The notes under the pieces are model-generated. The model was not told the origin of the DNA. It made no database searches and was given only the letters and a program-made list of their open reading frames with translations. The translations under genes were made by a program, and so were the position numbers. Shown piece after piece: positions 9,304-18,571 of a stretch of 64,000 bases of DNA; position 1 is the stretch's first letter, and every line of letters starts with the position of its first letter. The DNA comes from an uncultured Chloroflexia bacterium (GTDB lineage Bacteria; Chloroflexota; Dehalococcoidia; GIF9; UBA5629): assembly GCA_963752975.1 (NCBI GenBank), contig CAVWAG010000008.1, forward strand, positions 98,824 to 162,823. Reading direction: 5' to 3'.

Positions 9304-10732
9304 ATGAATAAAGTTAAGGAACGCACCAGTATATCAGAGCAGTCCCCAGCTGCTCCGGGGTTTGTTGCTGCCGGCAGTACTGGCAAAGGTATAGATTCCA
9401 TTTCCGGGAAATCGGACTTTGATGATGTGGCGTACTTGGATGGTAAGAACAACAGGGATTTCACCGAGGACTCTGTCAGCCTGTACATAGCTGAATGCAG
9501 CAAAACACCTCTGCTTACATCAAAGGATGAAAAAACGCTGGCCAGCCGCATGGAACTGGCTCATTACCTTTCACAGTTGGAGAGATCAGCTTCCAGGGGC
9601 GGCAGGAAGCAGCCGGAAACGGATACGATAAAACAACTTATCGCCCGGTTGGTGGAACGTGCCGGGTCTCATGGATAAAATTTTTAAACGTTATCATCTA
9701 CCTAGCAGGCCGCTATCGCAGAAACTGTCGGATAACGCGCTGCGGGCAGACATAGATATCGTGGTTAGTGCAGACCTGGTTGACTTTGTAGCTAAAGCCA
9801 TGGACATAGAGAGCGAAGAGGCGCAGCAGGAGATCACAGCTATATCAATATTGACCCGGCTTATCCCCTGGCAGGTGGTGGATGGGTACCGTGCCGTCAA
9901 GACCAGCGCGGAATTAAAGGAGAGCGCGGGGAAAGCGGATTTTGGCAAGTACCTGGAAATCAACCGGGGAAAGTTGATTGAGCATTTTGAATTCATCCGC
10001 AAGGCTGGGCGCGCCGCCGCCGAGCACATGATAAAGGCCAACCTGCGCTTAGTATTGAGCATGGCCAAGAAATACCGGGCGCGCGGAATGCCGCTATCAG
10101 ACCTCATCCAGGAGGGCAATATCGGCCTGATGCGGGCGGTAGAGAAATTCGATTACCGGCGCGGCTTTAAGTTCAGCACGTACGCTACCTGGTGGATACG
10201 CCAGGCTATTAACAGGGTTATCTCCGACCAGTCGAGGACGATCAGGCTGCCCGTGCATACGGTTGAAACCATAACCAAGATGAATAACGCCCGCCAGAAG
10301 CTCCTGCAGAAGCTGGGACGCAAGCCTACCAGCGACGAGATCGCCGGTGAAATGGGCGTGGAAACGGAAAAGATAGACTGGCTGGTGGGCATATTGTATG
10401 CTGAGCCGGTTTCATTCGATATACCCATCGGTGATGACGAGAGCCAGTTGAGCGACTTTATCGAGGATGAGGTCAGCCCCGCCCCCGAGGAAGAAGCCGC
10501 CCAGAGCATGCTGCGTCAGCAGTTCAAGGACATCCTCTCTTCCCTAACCGACCGGGAGAGGAGGATCATAGAGATGCGTTACGGACTGGATAACGAGCAG
10601 GGCCTGACCTTGAAAGAGGTTGGCACCGAGTTCGGACTTACCCGTGAGCGCATCAGGCAAATCGAGAAGGAAGCGCTGGCCAAACTGCGGCATCCCAGCA
10701 GGAGCCGCAAACTGATAGACTACCTGGCCTGA
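9304..10732 (+). pseudogene. Second full-length sigma-70 (RpoD/SigA-like) paralog, single frameshift near 9655-9665 (fragments 9283-9678 and 9659-10732)
   Basis: Region 1.2 (DSVSLYIAECSKTPLLTSKDEKTLASRMELA) lies in the first fragment. Regions 2-4 ([37 protein letters not shown].., ..[30 protein letters not shown]) lie in the second. The ATG at 9304 is preceded by GGGGAGAAG. Confidence 0.85.
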
Positions 10733-10755
10733 CAAGGCAACTTATTTGCAATCCG

Positions 10756-10796
10756 AACGCTCGCAGCATTTGTAATGCTGCGAGCGTTTGTTTTAT
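10756..10796 (+). terminator. Rho-independent terminator after the sigma paralog
   Basis: A perfect 15-bp stem (AACGCTCGCAGCATT / AATGCTGCGAGCGTT) closes a TGTA loop and is followed by TGTTTTAT. Confidence 0.8.
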
Positions 10797-10839
10797 GCTT
10801 AGTTGCTGATAAATATCCGGATTTATGGAATTGTAAGAG

Positions 10840-11542
10840 ATGGACACCAGCATCCTGGTAGTAGAAGACGACGGAACTTTGCGTGAGCTGCTTCAAGTAC
10901 AACCTGCAGAAAGAAGGTTACAACGTGCTTATCGCAAAAGACGGCGGTGAAGCGCTGGAGCTATACGATAAGAATAAACCGCAGTTGATTATCCTGGATA
11001 TTATGTTGCCGGTCATAAACGGCACAGAGGTTTGCAGGATAATCCGCGGGAAATCACAGATTCCCATCATCATGCTTACAGCCAAAACCGAAGAAGTCGA
11101 CAGGGTCGTGGGATTGGAACTCGGGGCAGACGATTACGTTACCAAGCCATTCAGTATGCGTGAATTAATCGCCCGGATCAAAGCTGTTATAAGGCGTTCT
11201 GAGATTGGAAAAGGCGCGGGTGAAGCTCCTGCCGAGACGCATGGATTCCTCAAAGCGGGGGATATCTCAATCGATTTGATCAAACACATGGTCTTATGCA
11301 AAGGAAAAGAAGTGGAGTTGAACCCCAAAGAATTCGAGTTGCTGGTATTATTGCTGCGAAACAGGGGACAGGTTATCAACAGAGAACAGATATTGAGAAA
11401 GGTATGGGGCTATGATTACATCGGCAATGACAGGACGGTTGACGTACATATACGGTGGATACGCCAGAAACTCGAATTAGACCCGGAAAATCCGCGTTAC
11501 TTGGTTACGGTCCGCGGATACGGCTATAAATTTGCGGAATGA
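10840..11542 (+). pseudogene. phoB: OmpR/PhoB-family response regulator, frameshift near 10880-10895
   Basis: The ATG at 10840 encodes MDTSILVVEDDGTLRELL, the start of the receiver domain, and then goes out of frame. Track ORF 10883-11542 continues with ..YNLQKEGYNVLIAKDGGEAL..IILDIMLP..TAKTEE..DDYVTKPF plus a winged-helix C-terminus. The span is 703 nt. The PhoB assignment rests on adjacency to pstSCAB-phoU. Confidence 0.8.
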
Positions 11543-11571
11543 TATGGCGGAAAGAATAAGGTAGATTTCAG

Positions 11572-12585
11572 ATGTCTGATTCGGGCTTTCCATACCTGTT
11601 ATCGTTGATTGAAGACGGCATATTTGTGCTTGACCAACGTCATGAGATTCAATATATGAACGATGCCGCGGCCCGGATATTCGGCTTCAGTGTTGCCAGG
11701 GATAGAAACCCGACATTTATCGAGGTTGTGCGGGACTATGAATGTGACGCCCTGGTTAAGAAATGTATTGATACGGGCCATGCCCAGTCTGCATCTATTA
11801 AAATACGTGGAAAAAAACAGTACTTAGATATAAAAGTCAGTCCCGACGCGGAAAGCCGGAACTATATCGTGGTTGTCAAAGACCTTACCGAGAAGCGCCA
11901 CCTTGAAGAGATACGCAGGGATTTTATATCCAATGTTTCCCATGAGTTCCGCACTCCTATTTCCTCTATTAAGATTCTTTCGGAAACCCTGATTGATAGT
12001 CCGCCGAAAGACCCCGGTATCCATAAAGATTTCCTGCTAAAGATAAATTTAGAGGCCGATAAATTAGCGCATATGACCAATGAGCTGACCGAATTATCAA
12101 TGATGGAGAATAAAGAAGCGAGGCTCAATAAAAATTCTTTGAATCTCAATAGTGTGGTTCGGCAGGTCGTGCAACGTTTGGAGGCGCAGTCCGCTAAAAA
12201 AAGTTTAGTTTTAAGTCTTGATATTGAACCGGCAATGCCCGATCTCGTTATTGATCAATACAGGATTGAACAGGTATTACTGAACTTGGTATATAACGCC
12301 ATAAAATTCACGGGCCACGGTGGTTTCATAACCATCTCCGTGAAAAAGCGTGACAATGAAATCGTGGTCTCTGTAAGCGACACCGGGATCGGCATACCCC
12401 GTGAGGAACTTCCGCGGATCTTTGAGCGATTCTACAAAGTCAATAAGGCCAGGGATGATGAGGGTGTCGGCCTGGGGCTGGCCATCTCCCGCCACATTGT
12501 CGCTTCGCACGGTGGAAAAATCTGGGCGGAGAGCGAGGAAGGAAAAGGGTCAACCTTCTTTTTTACGTTGCCTTTGGGTGTATAG
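11572..12585 (+). CDS. phoR: Cytoplasmic PAS-domain sensor histidine kinase (PhoR-like)
   Basis: The 337-aa ORF has an N-terminal PAS-like domain, an H-box (SHEFRTPISSI) and HATPase N/G boxes (..LVYNAIKFT.., DTGIGI, GVGLGLAI). No transmembrane segment is visible. Confidence 0.8.
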   Translation: MSDSGFPYLLSLIEDGIFVLDQRHEIQYMNDAAARIFGFSVARDRNPTFIEVVRDYECDALVKKCIDTGHAQSASIKIRGKKQYLDIKVSPDAESRNYIVVVKDLTEKRHLEEIRRDFISNVSHEFRTPISSIKILSETLIDSPPKDPGIHKDFLLKINLEADKLAHMTNELTELSMMENKEARLNKNSLNLNSVVRQVVQRLEAQSAKKSLVLSLDIEPAMPDLVIDQYRIEQVLLNLVYNAIKFTGHGGFITISVKKRDNEIVVSVSDTGIGIPREELPRIFERFYKVNKARDDEGVGLGLAISRHIVASHGGKIWAESEEGKGSTFFFTLPLGV

Positions 12586-12601
12586 AAGTCGGTCTGCAAG
12601 T

Positions 12602-12629
12602 TTTAACGAAAATTTAACCTTAGATTAAT
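12602..12629 (+). promoter_or_regulatory. Candidate Pho box: three direct hexamers at 11-bp phasing (TTTAAC-N5-TTTAAC-N5-ATTAAT) upstream of pstS
   Basis: The hexamers sit at 12602-12607, 12613-12618 and 12624-12629. A possible -10 (TATATT) lies at 12656-12661, and the pstS start is at 12709. The repeats resemble the Gram-positive PhoP box TT(A/T/C)ACA, which repeats every 11 bp. Confidence 0.5.
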
Positions 12630-12708
12630 GGGGCCTTTATATAGCCGCTGTAGACTATATTCAGTGGTATTTTAAATGCCATAGAGAATATATAGAAGGA
12701 GAAGACAA

Positions 12709-13815
12709 CTTGCGAAGATTCAGTGACAATTGGTTTGTAGTTCTTGCTGTTGATCCTGATTATGGCTGTCGGCCTGGCTGGCTGCAGCGCACCGGCAGCC
12801 ACACCGGCGGCTACGGCAAAAACACCTTCTCAGTCGGTTAACCTCACAGGTGCGGGCGCCACATTCCCCGCCCCCCTGTATACCAAGTGGTTTGATGAGT
12901 ATAACAAGCTCACCGGGGTGAAGGTCAATTACCAGCCGATCGGCTCGGGCGGCGGTATCAGCCAGATCACAGAAGGCACGGTTGATTTCGGCGCCAGCGA
13001 CGGCATAATGACCGCGGATGAGATGGCCAAGGCCGAAGCAAAGAGCGGGCCCATACTGCATATACCGATGACCAGCGGCTCCGTGGCAATCATATACAAT
13101 CTGGCGGATATCGGTTCGGGACAGCTCAAGCTCACGGGCGACGTCCTGGCGGACATTTACCTGAAAAAAATCACCAAATGGACCGATCCAGCGATCGCAT
13201 CCCTTAACCCCGGCTTAAAATTGCCTGATGCTGCGATAGCGGTAGTATTCCGTTCCGACGGCTCCGGTACCACATACATCTTCACTAATTACCTCTCCAA
13301 GGTCAGCCCGGATTGGAACAGCAAAATCGGCACTGCTAAATCGGTAAAATGGCCTGGCGATATCGGTGGACAGGGTAATGCCGGCGTAGCCGGGCAAGTA
13401 CAGCAAATCCCCAACTCCATTGGTTACGTAGAGCTGGCTTACGCAAAACAGAACAAGCTGGCCTGGGCACAGCTCCAGAACGCTGCCGGCAATTTCATTG
13501 AGCCGTCGCTGGCGGCAACTACAAAGGCTGCCGAAGGTGTAACTCTCCCCGATGATATGAAGGTAATGCTGACCAACTCATCCAATCCCGATGCCTATCC
13601 CATCGTTGGGTTCACCTGGCTGCTGGTATATGTTAACCAGAAAGATAAGGTCAAGGGAGAGGCCCTGGCTAAAATGCTGTGGTGGGCCATCCACGATGGG
13701 CAACAATATACCGAGGCGCTCACCTATGCCAGCCTGGCCGCCCCGGTTGTATCCAAAGCTGAGAATGCGGTGCTCTCTGTTAAAGTACCAGGGACAACCT
13801 TTAGTCAGCCGCTAA
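12709..13815 (+). pseudogene. pstS: Phosphate ABC transporter substrate-binding lipoprotein PstS, probable frameshifts at both ends
   Basis: The core ORF 12744-13883 is clearly PstS (..GAGATFPAPLYTKWF..YQPIGSGGG..SDGSGTTYIFTNYL..). An RBS (AGGAG) plus TTG at 12709 opens a signal peptide (MRRFSDNWFVVLA..) in another frame, which should join ..LILIMAVGLAGC. At the 3' end the track ORF reads through a terminator hairpin, whereas the neighbouring frame gives ..KYQGQPLVSR* with its stop at 13815. That shift lies near 13785-13792. Confidence 0.85.
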
Positions 13816-13841
13816 ACAGGTGGGTGCCTGATAACCATTTA

Positions 13842-13881
13842 GGGAAATGTAGGAAGGGTACCCTTCCTACATTCCCTTTTT
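13842..13881 (+). terminator. Rho-independent terminator after pstS
   Basis: GGGAAATGTAGGAAGGGT pairs with ACCCTTCCTACATTCCC (about 17 bp with one bulge) and is followed by TTTTT. Confidence 0.75.
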
Positions 13882-13907
13882 AATCCGGTTATAATAAATA
13901 GCTTTTA

Positions 13908-14891
13908 ATGATGGAAAAGAGCAAATCAGGGACAACACTTCTCACCGGTACGCGCGAAGAAAAAGCAGGAGTCCGGCCGCGCATCGGGGACCGTATCTTT
14001 TCAAATTTAACCCTGTCCTTTGCCCTGCTGATAGTTTTGATTCTTGTGGGGTTGCTTATTGTCCTGAACCTTGACGCGTGGCCAGCGGTTCAGAAATTCG
14101 GGTTATCATTTCTTACCAGCACTGCCTGGGATCCTGTAATTGACCAGTTCGGGGCCCTGCCGGCTGTTTACGGCACGTTGCTCAGTTCCCTGATAGGGCT
14201 GTTAATCGCCGTGCCGGTAAGCCTTGGTTCAGCCATTTTCCTGAGTGAGCTGGCTCCGGAATGGCTGTGCCGGCCATGTTCATTTCTTATTGAGATGCTG
14301 GCGGCCATACCGAGCGTGATCATCGGCTTGTGGGGATTGTTCGTAATGGTGCCTTTCATCAGGGACCCCGTCGAGAAATGGCTGGGCAGCAGCCTGGGTT
14401 TTCTACCCCTATTCCAGGGGCCGCCGTTCGGGGTGGGTTTTCTCTCGGCCGGGATAATCCTGGCGATTATGGTCATACCGATTATTACCGCCGTAAGCCG
14501 TGATGTCATGCGCGCCGTACCTGCTACCCAGCGCGAGGCCATGCTGGCCCTGGGGGCCACACATTGGGAGATGATAACCGGGGCGGTGCTCCCTTACTGC
14601 CGATCGGGACTGGTAGGTGCTGTGATCCTTGGCTTGGGCCGTGCCTTGGGCGAGACCATGGCGGTGACCATGGTTATCGGCAACTCTTATAACCTGACAG
14701 CATCGTTGTTCTCGCCGGGTGTTACCATCGCCAGCAAAGTGGCCAGTGAGTTCAGTGAGGCCTCGGGCGATCTGTATATCGGCAGCCTGATAGAGCTGGC
14801 GCTGGTGCTTTTCGGTATCACATTGGTGGTCAATATAATCGCACGTCTGCTGGTCTGGCGCAGTGTATCTGTTAAGGGGACCGGAGAATGA
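13908..14891 (+). CDS. pstC: Phosphate ABC transporter permease PstC
   Basis: The 327-aa polytopic ORF carries the EAA-loop region (..REAMLALGATHWEMI..) and sits in conserved pstS-C-A-B order. Confidence 0.9.
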   Translation: MMEKSKSGTTLLTGTREEKAGVRPRIGDRIFSNLTLSFALLIVLILVGLLIVLNLDAWPAVQKFGLSFLTSTAWDPVIDQFGALPAVYGTLLSSLIGLLIAVPVSLGSAIFLSELAPEWLCRPCSFLIEMLAAIPSVIIGLWGLFVMVPFIRDPVEKWLGSSLGFLPLFQGPPFGVGFLSAGIILAIMVIPIITAVSRDVMRAVPATQREAMLALGATHWEMITGAVLPYCRSGLVGAVILGLGRALGETMAVTMVIGNSYNLTASLFSPGVTIASKVASEFSEASGDLYIGSLIELALVLFGITLVVNIIARLLVWRSVSVKGTGE

Positions 14892-15733
14892 ATACAGCTG
14901 ATGGAAATCTGCGGCGCAGGTGGTTCAACCGGCTGATGCTTATATTGTGCGGCTGTTCAGCAGCTATTACGATCATATTTCTTGCTCTTATCCTCGGCTA
15001 TACACTGGTCAATGGCATATCTTATTTCAACCTGGACTTCATAACGCAGCCTTCCAAGCCGGTGGGCGAATCCGGGGGCGGTATGCGGGACGAGATATTT
15101 GGCACATTCATCCTGGTTGGGCTTGCCTCAGCTATCGCGCTGCCCACCGGGCTGTTGGCCGGTGTATTCCTGGCCGAGTTTGCCGGTCAAAAGGCAGCAT
15201 CAGCAATACGCTTTGCCGCTGACATTCTGGCCGGTGTGCCATCGATCATAGTGGGCGTATTTGCCTATGCCCTGCTGGTCCGCCCTATGCAATCGTACTC
15301 CGCGCTGTCCGCCGGTGTTGCCCTGGCTATCATCATGATCCCTGTGGTGGCCCGCACGGCTGAGGAGTCGCTGCGCCTGGTTCCCAATTCACAACGGGAG
15401 GCGGCATTAGCCCTCGGCGTCAGCCGTTGGCGCATGATTCTCGGTGTTATCATACCGGGCGCCACGACCGGGATAGTCACCGGCATTATGCTGGCCGTCG
15501 CGCGGGTCGCCGGGGAGACGGCGCCGCTGATATTCACCGCCCTGGGCAGCGCCTTCGGCGTGCAGGGTTTAACTGTTCCTATCGGGGCGTTGCCGTTACA
15601 AATATACCGCTATGCGTTGTCACCCTACAGTGACTGGCAGAAGCAGGCCTGGGCCGCGGCCTTCCTGCTGGTGATATTGGTGCTGGGCATCAATATCGTG
15701 GTGCGGTTGGTCAGCAACAGGAGAAAAAGATAA
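14888..15733 (+). CDS. pstA: Phosphate ABC transporter permease PstA
   Basis: The 281-aa polytopic ORF carries ..REAALALGVSRWRMI.. and overlaps pstC by 4 nt (ATGA). Confidence 0.9.
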   Translation: MNTADGNLRRRWFNRLMLILCGCSAAITIIFLALILGYTLVNGISYFNLDFITQPSKPVGESGGGMRDEIFGTFILVGLASAIALPTGLLAGVFLAEFAGQKAASAIRFAADILAGVPSIIVGVFAYALLVRPMQSYSALSAGVALAIIMIPVVARTAEESLRLVPNSQREAALALGVSRWRMILGVIIPGATTGIVTGIMLAVARVAGETAPLIFTALGSAFGVQGLTVPIGALPLQIYRYALSPYSDWQKQAWAAAFLLVILVLGINIVVRLVSNRRKR

Positions 15734-15767
15734 CCGTGAGTATAAGTAAGAAAAAGGAAACGGCACA

Positions 15768-16601
15768 ATGATGAATGATCTTCTCATGCCCATCGACAGC
15801 CTGGACGCATCTGAAAGAAAATTTCCAATGCCAAAACCGCCCAAGTGCATAATCGAGGTGCAAAACCTGAGCGCATGGTATGGCAACAAAATGGTGATAA
15901 CCGATATTAATATGGGCATAGGCGTACAGGCTATCACGGCTCTGATCGGTCCGTCCGGTTGTGGCAAATCAACTTTCATCCGCTGTCTGAACCGTATGCA
16001 CGAGGTGGCGGAAGGCGGGAGGGTGGCCGGACGGGTCCTCAAGGATTGCCAGGATATATACGCGCCGGGCGTCGACCCCGTGGACGTACGCCGCCGCATC
16101 GGCATGGTTTTTCAGAAGGCCAGCGTGTTTCCCGCCATGTCCATCTTCCAGAACGTCGCATCGGGGATAACCCTGACGCGTTTCTGGAGCCGGCGGCGGG
16201 ATGTGCAGGACGTTGTCGAGCGCAGCCTGAAGAAGGCGGCATTGTGGGACGAGGTCAAGGATAAGCTTGACCAGCCCGGCGCCTCGCTTTCCGGCGGCCA
16301 GCAGCAGCGCCTGTGCATCGCGCGGGCCATCGCCATTGAGCCGGAGATTATCCTGATGGATGAGCCCTGCTCTGCGCTTGATCCAATCTCCACCCTTAAG
16401 ATAGAGGAACTGATGCTCGAGATTAAGAAGGACTATACCGTGGTAATCGTCACGCATAATATGCAGCAGGCGGCGCGTGTCTCCGATTGGACTGGTTTTA
16501 TGCTATTGGGTGAATTGATAGAATATTCCCCCACCAGGGAAGTGTTCACTGTGCCGAAGGACAAGAGGACAGAGGATTACATTACCGGGCGTTTCGGTTA
16601 A
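15768..16601 (+). CDS. pstB: Phosphate ABC transporter ATP-binding protein PstB
   Basis: The ORF has Walker A (GPSGCGKST), the signature motif ([14 protein letters not shown]) and Walker B ([11 protein letters not shown]). Confidence 0.95.
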   Translation: MMNDLLMPIDSLDASERKFPMPKPPKCIIEVQNLSAWYGNKMVITDINMGIGVQAITALIGPSGCGKSTFIRCLNRMHEVAEGGRVAGRVLKDCQDIYAPGVDPVDVRRRIGMVFQKASVFPAMSIFQNVASGITLTRFWSRRRDVQDVVERSLKKAALWDEVKDKLDQPGASLSGGQQQRLCIARAIAIEPEIILMDEPCSALDPISTLKIEELMLEIKKDYTVVIVTHNMQQAARVSDWTGFMLLGELIEYSPTREVFTVPKDKRTEDYITGRFG

Positions 16602-16614
16602 AGGAGGTTTGAAC

Positions 16615-17280
16615 ATGCCAAGGGAAGCTTACCAGAGGAATCTTCGCGAGTTACAGGACGAGGTGCTGGTCATGGGCAGCATGATCGAAAAAGCGCTGGA
16701 GAGGTCCATGCAGGCTTTGAAAACACGCGACCTTGACCTGGCTAAACAGGTTATAGCCGAGGATAAGAGTGTAGATAAAAAGCGTTTTGAGATAGAGGAA
16801 AATCTGCTGGATACTATGTCATGCCAGTCGCCAATGGCCAGTGACCTCAGGACTTTATTAACTATCCTGTCCATCGTCACAGACCTTGAGCGGATGGGTG
16901 ACCATGCCGCAGGTAATGCCAAAATCGCCCTGATGATAGGGGATGAGCCGCCGCTGAAGCCGCTCATCGACCTGCCGCGTATGAACGAGAAAGTGATAGA
17001 CATGCTGCACCGCAGCCTGAATGCATTTATCTCCCACGATGCCGAAGCCGCGCGCAAAATAGTGCCGGAAGACGATGATATCGATAACCTCTATGACCAG
17101 GTTTTCAGGGAACTATTAACTTTCATGATGGAAGATCCGCGTACCATTACCCGGGCCACCAGGTTGATCTGGGTGGGGCACAACCTGGAGCGAACGGGCG
17201 ATAGGGTGACTAACATCTGCGAGCGGGTAGTCTTCATGGTTACCGGCAAAATGGAAGAACTGAACGTCTCGACGTATTAA
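16615..17280 (+). CDS. phoU: Phosphate signalling complex protein PhoU
   Basis: Two PhoU repeats are present (..DLERMGDHA.. and ..NLERTGDRVTNI..). The ATG at 16615 lies 7 nt after AAGGAGG, whereas the track starts at the TTG at 16609. Confidence 0.9.
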   Translation: MPREAYQRNLRELQDEVLVMGSMIEKALERSMQALKTRDLDLAKQVIAEDKSVDKKRFEIEENLLDTMSCQSPMASDLRTLLTILSIVTDLERMGDHAAGNAKIALMIGDEPPLKPLIDLPRMNEKVIDMLHRSLNAFISHDAEAARKIVPEDDDIDNLYDQVFRELLTFMMEDPRTITRATRLIWVGHNLERTGDRVTNICERVVFMVTGKMEELNVSTY

Positions 17281-17289
17281 CGGGCAGGT

Positions 17290-17667
17290 TTAATAAACAG
17301 TTCCGGCAAGCAATAGCAGGGCTGATAACGTCTGTATACATGGGCAGAGTTTCATGGGTATTATCGGCGTACGCGCATACGTCAGCCAGCCCAGGATTGC
17401 CATAACTTCAAGGGTAATTGCCGTACAGAGATAGACCGCGCTTGAAGCGGACCCGGCCCTGCCGGCAATAGCAGTAACCAACAGGACCAAAATTCCCATA
17501 TAGATCATGGCTATACCCTCAGCCAGCCATTCCATGGTAATGATTCTCCGGTTATCTTCTGAAATAGAGCCAAAACCACGGACTATAGTTCTCGTGGGGA
17601 ATATATGGGCGGCGCCCCAGATTAATACGATAATTGAGCCTGAGTAGAGCAAGACGAGTCCTAACAA
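17290..17667 (-). CDS. Hypothetical small integral membrane protein (about 4 TM segments)
   Basis: This is an intact 125-aa hydrophobic ORF. I recognise no family for it. Confidence 0.5.
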   Translation of the reverse strand: MLGLVLLYSGSIIVLIWGAAHIFPTRTIVRGFGSISEDNRRIITMEWLAEGIAMIYMGILVLLVTAIAGRAGSASSAVYLCTAITLEVMAILGWLTYARTPIIPMKLCPCIQTLSALLLLAGTVY

Positions 17668-17834
17668 TTATCCGCCTCCTTATGAAAAGTCTATGCAGCA
17701 GGACTCTTCTCATAATAATCTCTCCGTGAAATAATTGAAACACCGGCCCTTCAACCGGCTTGATAATCGACGTTTGCCTTACCATGCAGGGTTACCATCC
17801 GGCTCTAAGTATAAGGTGGGCCGGTTAAAAGGTA

Positions 17835-17904
17835 GTTAACTTATTGTTACATTTAGGTTAAATATCCGGGCGCAGATTTTACACATATTTAACCTGATGT
17901 TAAT
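17835..17904 (+). promoter_or_regulatory. Pho-box-like direct repeats (GTTAAC-N5-GTTACA-N5-GTTAAA, then TTTAAC-N5-GTTAAT) and an 11-bp inverted repeat upstream of the MGS-like gene
   Basis: Hexamers sit at 17835-40, 17846-51 and 17857-62 with exact 11-bp phasing, and a second pair at 17888-93 and 17899-904. A perfect inverted repeat AGGTTAAATAT (17855-65) / ATATTTAACCT (17885-95) is present. The hexamer family is the same as in the pstS upstream array. Confidence 0.4.
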
Positions 17905-17948
17905 ATCGCGATAAACTCTGGTTGCTAAGCTATGGAGAAGGAGGGAGT

Positions 17949-18386
17949 ATGAAAGCTATGTATGATATGGCCTTGACAGCACAGAACACCAAAATCAGGG
18001 ATATGGTAGCTCTTGTGCAAAAGTACCGCAACGGTATAGCTAAGCACTCCGTAGTTGCCACCCTGGAAACCGGACTGGTTATTAAGAACATGACGGGAAT
18101 TGCCCTGAACCTCCTGCCCTGCGGGATAGACGGCGGCTATCTGCAGTTGGATAGGCTGGTAAACAGCGGCGATCTCAGGATGGTCATCTTCCTGCACGAT
18201 CCAACGCTTTGCCTGGACGATCCCGGCATTATCGATTTACTCAGGTCCTGCAACCTGCAGAACATTCCCTTTGCCAATAATATGACGACTGCGGAGTTCA
18301 TCTTGCACAGGTTCCTGGAAAAAGAAATGGCGACTTGCTGGAGATGTCCAGAAGCTCGACCAGAGCGTAATTTAATTTGTGCCTGA
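17949..18386 (+). CDS. Methylglyoxal synthase-like (MGS-like) domain protein, catalytic residues not conserved
   Basis: The ATG at 17949 follows GGAGGGAG. The sequence aligns by eye to E. coli MgsA (..ATLETGLVI..GIDGGYLQLDRLVNSGDLRMVIFLHDP..LLRSCNLQNIPFANNMTTAEFIL), but the AHDH, GGD and PHDPD catalytic positions read AQNT, GGY and LDDPG. Confidence 0.7.
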   Translation: MKAMYDMALTAQNTKIRDMVALVQKYRNGIAKHSVVATLETGLVIKNMTGIALNLLPCGIDGGYLQLDRLVNSGDLRMVIFLHDPTLCLDDPGIIDLLRSCNLQNIPFANNMTTAEFILHRFLEKEMATCWRCPEARPERNLICA

Positions 18387-18571
18387 TATAACGGAACTTT
18401 CAAGATCAGTTACGTCATCTGCACCGACCGGTTTTTGGCTCAAATGGCTAACTTATGGCGACGAGTGCTGGCATCTGATAATGGCAAGGAAAAGGCACAT
18501 CACTGAATTTTGGAAATTGCTTCTTTCGCGCCGCTGAAATAAAATGCTTATACGTGCGAGGAGAAAGCTAA

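Noticed and set aside
15620-16457. Several 60-160-aa ORFs on both strands inside pstB (15620-16105, 15969-16457, 15959-16264, 16112-16393).
   Set aside because: pstB on the plus strand has all the ABC ATPase motifs. The others are Arg/Pro-rich shadow frames.
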